NCBI GenBank assembly: GCA_031316235.1
Contig: JALDRA010000001.1
Coordinates: 660,001-692,000 of the forward strand
Length of the DNA stretch: 32,000 nucleotides
DNA from: Candidatus Scalindua sp.
GTDB lineage: Bacteria; Planctomycetota; Brocadiia; Brocadiales; Scalinduaceae
Reading direction: 5' to 3'
Part shown: positions 1 through 8,439 of the stretch, piece after piece
Position numbering within the stretch: the first letter of the stretch is position 1
Layout: the number at the start of each line of letters is the position of its first letter
Notes under the pieces: generated by a model
What the model was told of the DNA's origin: nothing
Database searches by the model: none
The model's input: only the letters and a program-made list of their open reading frames with translations
Position numbers and translations under genes: made by a program

Positions 1-560
1 TCTTTAAGGTACAGTCTGCCAGAGAAGGTGTGGTAACAGGTTCTGCAAATATTGTTTTACTCGAACTTTTCATGATCATCGCTTTTGGGATTGATGGTTT
101 TGCGAATGCTGCCGAATCAATTGTGGGTAAATATTTTGGGGCCGGAGACAAAAGGAATTTTCAAAATGCCATAAAAAGATCCTTCCAATGGGCAATGGGC
201 CTGAGCATTCTGTTCGTACTGGTTTTTTATCTCTCTGGCAGAGAGCTCCTTCAGATAATAACCGATAATCAAGAGGTAATTAATGCGGCACTCCCATTTA
301 TGGGATGGATCATCATATCTCCTGTTATTAACACCATACCTTTTATCTGGGATGGAATATATATAGGAATTACCGCTTCAAAGGCGATGAGAAATACAAT
401 GCTTGTTTCCACATTTCTCTTTTTTCTCCCAGCATACTATCTTTTGCATACAATGCTGGGAAACCATGCCTTATGGCTGGCCTTGACACTTCTCATGCTC
501 GCCAGGGGTGTATCGCAGACCATGCTGGCAAAACAGGCTGTCTTTAACAGGCTCAGATAA
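1..560 (+). CDS. MATE family efflux transporter, C-terminal portion (5' end lies outside the window)
   Basis: The ORF is open from the window edge to the stop at 560. It is a polytopic hydrophobic protein with MATE-like sequence (GIDGFANAAESIVGKYFGAG) and is paralogous in character to the ORF at 10088-11464. Confidence 0.75.
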   Translation, partial: FKVQSAREGVVTGSANIVLLELFMIIAFGIDGFANAAESIVGKYFGAGDKRNFQNAIKRSFQWAMGLSILFVLVFYLSGRELLQIITDNQEVINAALPFMGWIIISPVINTIPFIWDGIYIGITASKAMRNTMLVSTFLFFLPAYYLLHTMLGNHALWLALTLLMLARGVSQTMLAKQAVFNRLR

Positions 561-587
561 ACAGCACCCTGTTACTCTATTTTTTTC

Positions 588-1406
588 ATGGCAGGCAGGG
601 ACTGCCCTGATTTGGCAAACCATCACGTTATGGATAAAAAAAGAAAAAAACCATTTGAATATGAGGCCCGATTCCGCTTTTATGCGGAATTGAATGATTT
701 TCTTCCTCATAACAAGGCAAAAAAGATCTTTTATCACAATTTCAACGGAAGCCCTTCACTCAAAGATCCGATTGAGGCGATCGGAGTCCCTCACACAGAG
801 GTTGACCTGCTCATTGTAAATGGCCTTTCAGCGGGATTTGATTACCGATTACAGGACGGAGATTTTGTTTCGGTATACCCCGTATTTAAGAACATTGACA
901 TCTCTCCTATCGTTAAATTGAGAGGCAAACCACTGAACAGACATGCATTTATCCTGGATGTTCATCTGGGAAGACTGGCAAAGATGCTTCGCATGATTGG
1001 CTTTGATACGATGTATCGGAATGATTATAATGACGCTCATATTACTCAATTGTCCGTAAGAGAACAGCGCATAATCTTAACGCGTGATCGCAGGCTCCTC
1101 CATAAAAGAGAAGTAACACACGGATATTGTATACGGTCAACCAATCCTGAGTTACAGCTCCATGAGGTTATCAGGCGGTTTGATCTTCAAACCATGAGAA
1201 GACCATTCTACCGATGCATGATCTGTAACGGATTGATTCAAAAAGTTGATAAGGATGCCATTGAAGACAGGCTGGAACCAGGAACCAGACTCCACTATTA
1301 CGAGTTTCATCAATGTGTTGATTGTGACAGGATCTATTGGAAAGGTTCGCACTATCAACAATTAAAGGCACGGTATGAAAGGATTCGATCAGAATGTAAT
1401 GAGTAG
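588..1406 (+). CDS. Mut7-C RNase (PIN-like, DUF82) domain protein with an N-terminal ubiquitin-like beta-grasp domain and a C-terminal zinc ribbon
   Basis: FILDVHLGRLAKMLRMIGFDT...RIILTRDRRLL matches the Mut7-C core pattern. Two Cys pairs (CMIC and CVDC...IYWKGSHY) form the zinc ribbon. The N-terminal segment FYAELNDFLP...VSVYP looks like Ub-Mut7C. The true start may be the ATG at 630. Confidence 0.8.
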   Translation: MAGRDCPDLANHHVMDKKRKKPFEYEARFRFYAELNDFLPHNKAKKIFYHNFNGSPSLKDPIEAIGVPHTEVDLLIVNGLSAGFDYRLQDGDFVSVYPVFKNIDISPIVKLRGKPLNRHAFILDVHLGRLAKMLRMIGFDTMYRNDYNDAHITQLSVREQRIILTRDRRLLHKREVTHGYCIRSTNPELQLHEVIRRFDLQTMRRPFYRCMICNGLIQKVDKDAIEDRLEPGTRLHYYEFHQCVDCDRIYWKGSHYQQLKARYERIRSECNE

Positions 1407-1504
1407 CTGTGCTTCCAATAGACGGTGTCTCCTGTCAAGACCCTCTCTAAATCGCTGCATGCGGATAAAAAGCTGCAGTACCTCTTCCCTTTCTTACGGA
1501 AAAA

Positions 1505-1870
1505 TCAAGGTATTGGAATTGAGTCGATCTTGGCGGCAAGGATAAAGTCACTCTCTGTGAGACCATTGATCTTGTGAGTACAGATCTCGATACGCACCTT
1601 TCCCCAGGTAAAGAAAATATCTGGATGGTGCCCTTCCTGTTCCGATACCGCCCCCACCTTATTGACAAAGTCAAGTGCTTTTACAAAATCCGGAAATTTG
1701 TATGTCTTCAGAAGGTGATGTTCTTCGATAACGTCCCATCCCTCTACCTGCTCATGAAGCTGTTTGAGACTCTCCCCTTTTAATGGGGGCACTCCGCCCT
1801 TACAGGGTATACATTGTTTACTGGCTAATTGAGACATTTGTGCTGTTCCCTTCTCACTGGTTAAGCGCAT
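1505..1870 (-). CDS. 4a-hydroxytetrahydrobiopterin (pterin-4-alpha-carbinolamine) dehydratase
   Basis: It has the PCD signature EQEGHHPD and the typical region W...L.K.Y.F.DF..A..FVN.V. An alternative start is Met12 at 1837. Confidence 0.8.
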   Translation of the reverse strand: MRLTSEKGTAQMSQLASKQCIPCKGGVPPLKGESLKQLHEQVEGWDVIEEHHLLKTYKFPDFVKALDFVNKVGAVSEQEGHHPDIFFTWGKVRIEICTHKINGLTESDFILAAKIDSIPIP

Positions 1871-1964
1871 CCAGCCTTCTCGTCGGGCGGTTGCAGCTCT
1901 TTTAAAATTCCTCCCTTGTCAGACCCGGAAAGACTGCCCTCTCTCTTTACTGCCCTGATGCAGA

Positions 1965-2032
1965 CATACTGAAACCGATTTAGTTTTAGATTTTTCTGAA
2001 AACCAGAACGATTTCAGTATAAGATGAGTATA
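1965..2032 (-). repeat. Family-1 repeat, copy F (internally deleted mini-copy)
   Basis: It reads cATACTGAAACCGATTTAGTTTTAGATTTTTCTGAAAACCAGA...AGATGAGTATA. The right arm is joined almost directly to the left terminus. Confidence 0.75.
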
Positions 2033-2109
2033 CGTTCCGGGTTGTCATTATATCCTTTTTACGATTTACTTGCGAAAGAAAAATACCCGTCACAACAGTG
2101 ATGTTGATC

Positions 2110-2138
2110 TTGACAATTTGATACCGTAGAGGTATCCT
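2110..2138 (+). promoter_or_regulatory. Putative sigma-70 promoter of mutS (TTGACA-17-TATCCT)
   Basis: The consensus -35 is at 2110-2115, followed by a 17-nt spacer and a TAnnnT -10 at 2133-2138. The palindrome CTGTAAAATTTACAG (2137-2151) overlaps the -10 and start region. Confidence 0.35.
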
Positions 2139-2252
2139 GTAAAATTTACAGCATGATTCCAGCCACAACCATTTTTTTAATAACAGCACGCTCTGTCCGT
2201 TAAAAAACTTGTTACAGTAAGGTTATATATTTCATAGACAGCAAGGAAGAAT

Positions 2253-4904
2253 ATGGTTAATTCAACGCCCATGATGAAACAGTATCTGAGTATTAAAAAA
2301 AAACACGAAGACGCATTGCTGTTTTTCCGCATGGGAGATTTCTATGAAATGTTCTTCGATGATGCCAGGATTGCGTCGAAGATTCTCGGGATCACGCTGA
2401 CCTCGCGATCTAAGGGGGAAAAGGCTATCCCGATGGCCGGAATTCCTCACCACGCTGCTGATTCTTATATCCAGAAGTTGATTCAAACCGGCTACAAGGT
2501 TGCCGTATGCGAACAGCTGCAGGAAAATGGAAGAAAATCTCCTTCAACGGGAGGGGGAGAAAAGGGCATAGTAGAGCGTGATGTTGTAAGGGTAATTACA
2601 CCCGGAACCCTTACGGAAGATGCAATGCTCAATGACACCGATAACAACTATCTTTTATCGATTTTTCTTCATGATGATATTGTTGGCTTGTCATGGGTTG
2701 ATATCTCTACCGGGAAATTCATGGTACAGGACATTCAGAGGGACCGCTTGATGGATGAGTTGACGAGGATAGGTCCGTCTGAGTGTATACTGCCAGAAAA
2801 TATTACCTTTAAAGAGTATGACATCTCAAAGAGGTTAACAGGAGACTTTAATACTATGGTGACCTATCGGGCGGATTGGGAATTTTCAAGAGATTCCGCC
2901 TATACGAAACTTCTCAATCATTTTTCCACTACATCACTCGAAGGGTTTGGATGTGAAGAGAACGGTCCTTCCATAAGTGCAGCAGGAGCCTTGATACACT
3001 ATCTGAACGAAACACAGAAGACATCTCTCAAACACATCAACAGGCTTGAAAAATTTTCCAGTAATAACAACTTGATCTTAGACTATTCAACACAACACAG
3101 CCTCGAGCTGGTTAAGACCTCAAGAACCCGGCAGAAAGAGGGTTCTTTATTAAGCGTTATGGATAAAACGAAGACTCCCATGGGAGGGAGATTGATCAAA
3201 AGCTGGCTGGTAAGTCCGTTGAGTATATCACAGGACATTAAATCGAGGCAGGATGGGGTAGCAGAGCTCTATGAAAACAGTAATCTCTGCAGGGATGTAA
3301 GAGATATATTAAAGGATATTTATGACCTGGAAAGAATTACCTCAAAGATCAGCTTTGGGAGAGCAAATGCGAGGGATCTTATCTCTCTCTTACTATCACT
3401 CTCTCTCTTACCAGAAATAAAGAAAATAATTTCTGCCTGCAATTCCCCTGTCCTCAAGTCACTTTACGAGACACTGGATGTATTAGAGGAGGTCAGGTCG
3501 CTTATCAGTAACACGATAAATCCGGAACCTCCCTTCTCTATTCGTGAAGGTGGAATGATACAGGATGGCTACAACCATGATCTGGATGAGTTACGTAATA
3601 TCAGCAGAAATGGAAAAGGCTGGATAGCAAACTTTCAGGCTGAGGAGATAGAGAGAACAGGCATAAACTCATTAAAGATTGGTTATAATCGGGTCTTTGG
3701 ATATTACCTTGAAATAACAAATGCCCACAGATGTAATATCCCCGAGACATATATACGGAAACAGACGCTCAAGAATGCGGAGAGATATATAACCCCGGAA
3801 CTCAAGGAATACGAAACGAAGGTGCTTACGGCTGATGAACGGGCAAAGGATCTTGAATATCGCATCTTCCAGGACACACGGGAGAGAATAAATACTTTTA
3901 CGGAGCGTATCCAGAAAATGGCCGATGTAATCGCCCACTTAGACTGCATTTTTACTTTAGCAAATATCGCTGTCGAAAATGGATATTCGCGACCCGTTAT
4001 TACGGATGAGTGCAAACTCACAATTATTGAAGGCAGACATCCAGTCCTTGAAAAGACATTAATTAACGAGAAGTTTATCCCGAATGACATTGATATTGAT
4101 GGAGAAGAGAATCAAATCATGGTCATTACGGGGCCGAACATGGCGGGAAAAAGTACCTATATTCGACAAGTAGCCCTGCTTGTCTTAATGACACAGATGG
4201 GGAGTTTCATTCCAGCGAAAGAAGCTACCATAGGGACTGTTGACAGAATTTTTACGCGAATTGGAGCAATGGATGAATTAGCAAAAGGTCAGAGTACCTT
4301 TATGGTTGAAATGAATGAGGCTGCCAACATCCTTAATAATGCAACAAGGCGGAGTTTGATAATACTGGATGAGGTTGGTCGGGGTACCAGCACATTTGAT
4401 GGAGTAAGTATCGCGTGGGCTTTAACCGAATATATTTATGAACATCTCAAATCAAGGACGCTCTTTGCCACACACTACCACGAACTTACAGAATTAGCCC
4501 TGCTTTTCCCCGGCATAAAAAACTATAACATTGCCGTGCGGGAATGGGAGGAAGAGATAATCTTTTTACGAAAGATAATTGAAGGCGGTGCAGATAAAAG
4601 CTACGGTATTCATGTCGCGAGATTGGCAGGAATGCCGAAAGAGGTAATTCAGAGAGCAAAGGTGATACTTGGCAATCTTGAGGCTGAAACACTTGACATA
4701 AACGGCAAACCAAAATTTGCAACCCTTGACAGGAGTAAAAAGAAAAGTAAGATGCAACCAATACAACTTCCGCTCTTTAATCCGTCTGAAAACCAGATAA
4801 TTGAAGAGTTAAAGAGCCTTGACATTTCAAAAACCACTCCTCTTGACGCTCTCAACACGCTTCACAAGTTAAAGGAAAGGTTAGAAAATGATGCCGGATA
4901 TTAG
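2253..4904 (+). CDS. mutS: DNA mismatch repair protein MutS
   Basis: The N-terminus TPMMKQYLSIKKKH..LLFFRMGDFYEMF, the Walker A motif GPNMAGKST, and STFMVEM and DEVGRGTST are all MutS motifs across an 883-aa product. Confidence 0.95.
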   Translation: MVNSTPMMKQYLSIKKKHEDALLFFRMGDFYEMFFDDARIASKILGITLTSRSKGEKAIPMAGIPHHAADSYIQKLIQTGYKVAVCEQLQENGRKSPSTGGGEKGIVERDVVRVITPGTLTEDAMLNDTDNNYLLSIFLHDDIVGLSWVDISTGKFMVQDIQRDRLMDELTRIGPSECILPENITFKEYDISKRLTGDFNTMVTYRADWEFSRDSAYTKLLNHFSTTSLEGFGCEENGPSISAAGALIHYLNETQKTSLKHINRLEKFSSNNNLILDYSTQHSLELVKTSRTRQKEGSLLSVMDKTKTPMGGRLIKSWLVSPLSISQDIKSRQDGVAELYENSNLCRDVRDILKDIYDLERITSKISFGRANARDLISLLLSLSLLPEIKKIISACNSPVLKSLYETLDVLEEVRSLISNTINPEPPFSIREGGMIQDGYNHDLDELRNISRNGKGWIANFQAEEIERTGINSLKIGYNRVFGYYLEITNAHRCNIPETYIRKQTLKNAERYITPELKEYETKVLTADERAKDLEYRIFQDTRERINTFTERIQKMADVIAHLDCIFTLANIAVENGYSRPVITDECKLTIIEGRHPVLEKTLINEKFIPNDIDIDGEENQIMVITGPNMAGKSTYIRQVALLVLMTQMGSFIPAKEATIGTVDRIFTRIGAMDELAKGQSTFMVEMNEAANILNNATRRSLIILDEVGRGTSTFDGVSIAWALTEYIYEHLKSRTLFATHYHELTELALLFPGIKNYNIAVREWEEEIIFLRKIIEGGADKSYGIHVARLAGMPKEVIQRAKVILGNLEAETLDINGKPKFATLDRSKKKSKMQPIQLPLFNPSENQIIEELKSLDISKTTPLDALNTLHKLKERLENDAGY

Positions 4905-4913
4905 AGGCTGGAT

Positions 4914-4936
4914 GGTCAGGGCAAAATTGCCTGACC
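4914..4936 (+). terminator. Stem-loop immediately downstream of the mutS stop (no U-tract)
   Basis: GGTCAGG(G)C...GCCTGACC forms an 8-bp stem with one bulge, 10 nt after the stop. It lacks a T-run, so terminator function is uncertain. Confidence 0.25.
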
Positions 4937-4983
4937 CCGGAGCATCAGCCTGTGGTGCAGACTTTACAAAGGGCATGGAAAGT

Positions 4984-5096
4984 TATACTCATCTCATAAT
5001 GGTTTTCGGATAAAATCCGAGATAAAATTGAGCGAGTATAACTGCAACCAGGATTTGGTTTCCGGTAAAACCGAAAACCAAATCGGTTTTAGTATA
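4984..5096 (+). repeat. Family-1 repeat, copy A+ (central segment deleted)
   Basis: TATACTCATCTCATAATGGTTTTCGGATAAAATCCGAGATAAAATTGAGCGAG is followed by ...AACCAGGATTTGGTTTCCGGTAAAACCGAAAACCAAATCGGTTTTAGTATA. Confidence 0.85.
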
Positions 5097-5407
5097 TATG
5101 ATAGCAATGCGGGAACCCGGGAGGAACAGGTCTCGGACACCCGATATAAGTGCTCGGTGAATGAGAGAAACCGCGCATGCAGAAAACTAACTGGACACTA
5201 CTGAACATTTATAGTATTTTTACCCGTTGTATAGTGATGTTCGGTTTTCAGAACCCGATATTACATGAATGTTACATTTAACGTAACCGTATGATCTGAA
5301 ATTCCATAAATCATTTTGCAAGAGGTAAATCTCTGTGATCAGGCTATGCAGCCGCCGGGTTTATCCGCAAACAGGAATTGAAGATACATTTCACTTTTGA
5401 AGGGTTA

Positions 5408-5492
5408 TATACTAAAACCAAATCCTGGTTAATGGTAGACCCGCTCCATTTTTACTCGAATTTTATCCGAAAACCATTATAAGACGAATATA
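5408..5492 (-). repeat. Family-1 repeat, copy A- (shortened), inverted relative to A+
   Basis: The reverse complement reads TATATTCGTCTTATAATGGTTTTCGGATAAAATTCGAG...ACCATTAACCAGGATTTGGTTTTAGTATA. It ends 4 nt before the pepF ATG. Confidence 0.85.
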
Positions 5493-5496
5493 ACAT

Positions 5497-7281
5497 ATGA
5501 GTGAGACAAAAACGCGAGACGAGATTGATAACAGATACAAATGGGATCTGTCAGTATTATATGCATCGGACAGTGATTGGGAAACAGACTTTCGTAAGGC
5601 GGAAAAAGAATACTCACAACTTTTGTCATACAAAGGGTCTCTCGATGATCCCCGTAAGCTTGAAGAATTCATGCCTCTGTACAGTGACCTTTCCAGTATT
5701 GAAGAAAATTTGTGTGTCTACGCAATAGCACGCTTTTTTGAAGATACCAGTAACACTACCTATGAAGAGATGAAGGGACGGATAGAGCTGCTTATCTCAA
5801 AGATTACGGCAGAAACTGTTTTTATAAAAAAAGAGCTCTCGTCATTGACAAACGAAACTATTAGTGCAATTCTGAGTAATAATCCACAACTGGAGAAGTA
5901 TCGCTTCTTTTTAGAAAGTTATTCCCGTTACCATCTCCATATCCTGTCCGAAGAGACAGAAACTGTTTTGGCAGAGCTCAGCATAGTGATTGGAAAACTT
6001 AACGATATCTTCTCGGCCTTCAATGATAACAATATACAGTTTGAAGACTTTGAACACAATGGAGAAAAAATACATCTTTCACATGCCCGGTATTCCCAGA
6101 TTTTAGAGTCTCCTGATCGAGAACTGCGCAAAAAAACATTCGATTTCTATTATCGCCCCTACCAGCAGAATATTGACGTTCTGGCAAATACCTATGCCGC
6201 TCATGTACTGGCAGAGATTAAACTTATGAAGGTCCGCAACTATCCGTCCATGATAGAAAAGGCCCTGTTTCCGGACTACTTACCATCCGTGGTATTTCAT
6301 AATCTCATTGATGTAGCAAAAGAGAATATCGGTGTAATCAGCGAGTTTAATACCCTCAAGCAAAAAGAGCTGGGGATTTCTGAACTGCACTTTTATGATA
6401 ATTATGTTCCACTGGTTAAAAACTTTGACCGGGAATTTTCATACCAGGAGACGATTGAGCTGGTCAGATCAGCCCTTAAGCCGCTTGGCCCAGAATACAG
6501 AGCACAGTATGATGATACCATCAAGGCGCGTGTGATCGATGTCTTTGAATCTCGCAACAAACGTTCAGGCGCCTTCTCCTGGGGGAGTTATGCGAGCCGC
6601 GGTCTCGTGTTTTTAAATTACACAGGAAAGTTTTCTGATGTCTCTACATTTGCGCACGAACTGGGGCATTGCCTGCACCGCGATTACTCTATCAAGAATC
6701 AGCCCTTTATCTATTATCAAAATCCAATATTCCTGGCTGAAGTGGCTTCGACAGTAAATGAAACGCTCCTTTTTGACCACATGTCAAAGATTGCAGAATC
6801 AAAAGAAGAAAAAAAATTCTTCCTCTATCATAACATGAAGCGGATAGAGGCCACCTTCTACAGGCAGACCATGTTCGCTAATTTTGAAAAAGATATTCAC
6901 GAGATGGCTGAAGGCGGCGGCGTACTAATGTCGAAAAGTATAACGGACGTTTACAGGAAAAATCTTGCAGCCTATGTAGGAGAAGGGATGGTTATTGATG
7001 AACAGTTATCCTGCGAATGGGCACGCATACCACATTTTTATAATGCCTTTTACGTCTATAAATACGCGACCAGTTTGTCTGCTGCAATAGCGTTGTCCGT
7101 TCGTATAACTGCTGGTAAAAACGGTGCGGTAGAAGATTACCTGACATTTCTCGGCGCAGGATCACACAAAACACCACTCGAAATTCTCAACGACGCCGGT
7201 GTCGACCTTACGAAGAAGGATGCGTATGAAGTAACAGTGAGAAAATTTAAAACATTATTAGATGAGTATAAGTCCTTGTAG
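5497..7281 (+). CDS. pepF: Oligoendopeptidase F (M3B metallopeptidase)
   Basis: It is 594 aa with the zinc motif HELGH (FAHELGHCLH) and a PepF-like N-terminus (RYKWDLSVLY). Confidence 0.85.
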   Translation: MSETKTRDEIDNRYKWDLSVLYASDSDWETDFRKAEKEYSQLLSYKGSLDDPRKLEEFMPLYSDLSSIEENLCVYAIARFFEDTSNTTYEEMKGRIELLISKITAETVFIKKELSSLTNETISAILSNNPQLEKYRFFLESYSRYHLHILSEETETVLAELSIVIGKLNDIFSAFNDNNIQFEDFEHNGEKIHLSHARYSQILESPDRELRKKTFDFYYRPYQQNIDVLANTYAAHVLAEIKLMKVRNYPSMIEKALFPDYLPSVVFHNLIDVAKENIGVISEFNTLKQKELGISELHFYDNYVPLVKNFDREFSYQETIELVRSALKPLGPEYRAQYDDTIKARVIDVFESRNKRSGAFSWGSYASRGLVFLNYTGKFSDVSTFAHELGHCLHRDYSIKNQPFIYYQNPIFLAEVASTVNETLLFDHMSKIAESKEEKKFFLYHNMKRIEATFYRQTMFANFEKDIHEMAEGGGVLMSKSITDVYRKNLAAYVGEGMVIDEQLSCEWARIPHFYNAFYVYKYATSLSAAIALSVRITAGKNGAVEDYLTFLGAGSHKTPLEILNDAGVDLTKKDAYEVTVRKFKTLLDEYKSL

Positions 7282-7359
7282 GTGAAAAAATAATCAAACC
7301 CGTACCTGATTAAGGAGGTACGGAATGTAATAATACAATACCCATTGTGAATACAGAAA

Positions 7360-8379
7360 ATGATCATTGTTGATGGTTCCTATGGTGAAGGGGGAGGACA
7401 GATTCTCAGGACTGCTCTTGCTCTGTCGCTCGTTACCGGCAAGCCTTTTACTATCAGGAATATACGTGCCGGCCGCAACAAACCTGGACTTATGCGTCAA
7501 CACCTGGCAGCTGTCAATGCCTCTGCTGAAATAGGTAATGCCCGGGTTAGCGGTAACCATATCGGTTCGGACTCTTTTACCTTTGAACCCGAAACGATAA
7601 AAACAGGCAGGTATCATTTTTCAGTAGGTACCGCAGGGAGTTGTACTCTTGTTTTTCAAACAGTACTCCCTGCCCTTATGGTTGGCGATACTCCTTCTGA
7701 AATTATTCTTGAGGGAGGTACTCATAATCCCTTTGCACCGCCATTTGATTTTCTTGATAAGGCGTTTCTCCCTCTCATTAATCGAATGGGTCCAACTGTT
7801 TCTGCCGTTCTGGAAAGAGCGGGATTTTATCCTGCCGGCGGCGGCAGATTCAAGGTCTCTGTCACCCCTTCCAGGAGGCTTGACACTATTAATGTAGTTG
7901 AGCGCGGCAGAATCATAAAGCAAAGGGTCCGTGCAACAGTCTCAAACCTCCCTTTAACCATAGCACACCGTGAGTTAAAAATTTTTCACCGTAAACTTGG
8001 ATGGGATAAAGATTGCCTTCAGGCCTGTGAAGTAAGAGATTCTTACGGCCCCGGTAATATCATTACCGCTGAAATATGGAGTGAAAATGTATGCGAAGTA
8101 TTCACGGGCTTTGGAGAGAGAGGCATCAGGGCAGAAACGGTTGCAGAAAAGACAGTAAAGAGTGTGAAAGAGTACTTATCATCCGGTCAACCGGCCGGGA
8201 CCCACCTTGCGGATCAGCTTATTGTCCCGATGGCACTTGCCGGGAGAGGTAAAATCAGGACGTATTCACCAACCAGGCATACAACAACGAATATCAGCAT
8301 AATAAAAAAATTTCTCAAAATTGAAATAACCCTCAACCCGGAAAGTAACAGCTCCTGTGAGATAGACATCAGGTCGTAA
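7360..8379 (+). CDS. rtcA: RNA 3'-terminal phosphate cyclase
   Basis: It has the RtcA N-terminus IIVDGSYGEGGGQILRTALALSLVTGKPFTIRNIRAGR.KPGL and a later LADQL motif. The product is 339 aa. Confidence 0.85.
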   Translation: MIIVDGSYGEGGGQILRTALALSLVTGKPFTIRNIRAGRNKPGLMRQHLAAVNASAEIGNARVSGNHIGSDSFTFEPETIKTGRYHFSVGTAGSCTLVFQTVLPALMVGDTPSEIILEGGTHNPFAPPFDFLDKAFLPLINRMGPTVSAVLERAGFYPAGGGRFKVSVTPSRRLDTINVVERGRIIKQRVRATVSNLPLTIAHRELKIFHRKLGWDKDCLQACEVRDSYGPGNIITAEIWSENVCEVFTGFGERGIRAETVAEKTVKSVKEYLSSGQPAGTHLADQLIVPMALAGRGKIRTYSPTRHTTTNISIIKKFLKIEITLNPESNSSCEIDIRS

Positions 8380-8439
8380 AAATAACGGGTAATCACGTGT
8401 TGGAGAAATCATGAAGTTCAATGCCTGTCTAGAGAAACA

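Noticed and set aside
1986-2189. A 67-aa minus-strand ORF in the PCD/mutS divergent region.
   Set aside because: It reads through repeat copy F and the predicted mutS promoter, and it has no motif or RBS.
5463-5672. A 69-aa minus-strand ORF, together with the 68-aa plus-strand ORF at 11398-11604. Both end in ...LIMVFG.
   Set aside because: The shared C-terminus is the family-1 left arm (CTCATCTCATAATGGTTTTCGGATAA) read in frame. The first ORF is also antisense to pepF, so both are artefacts.
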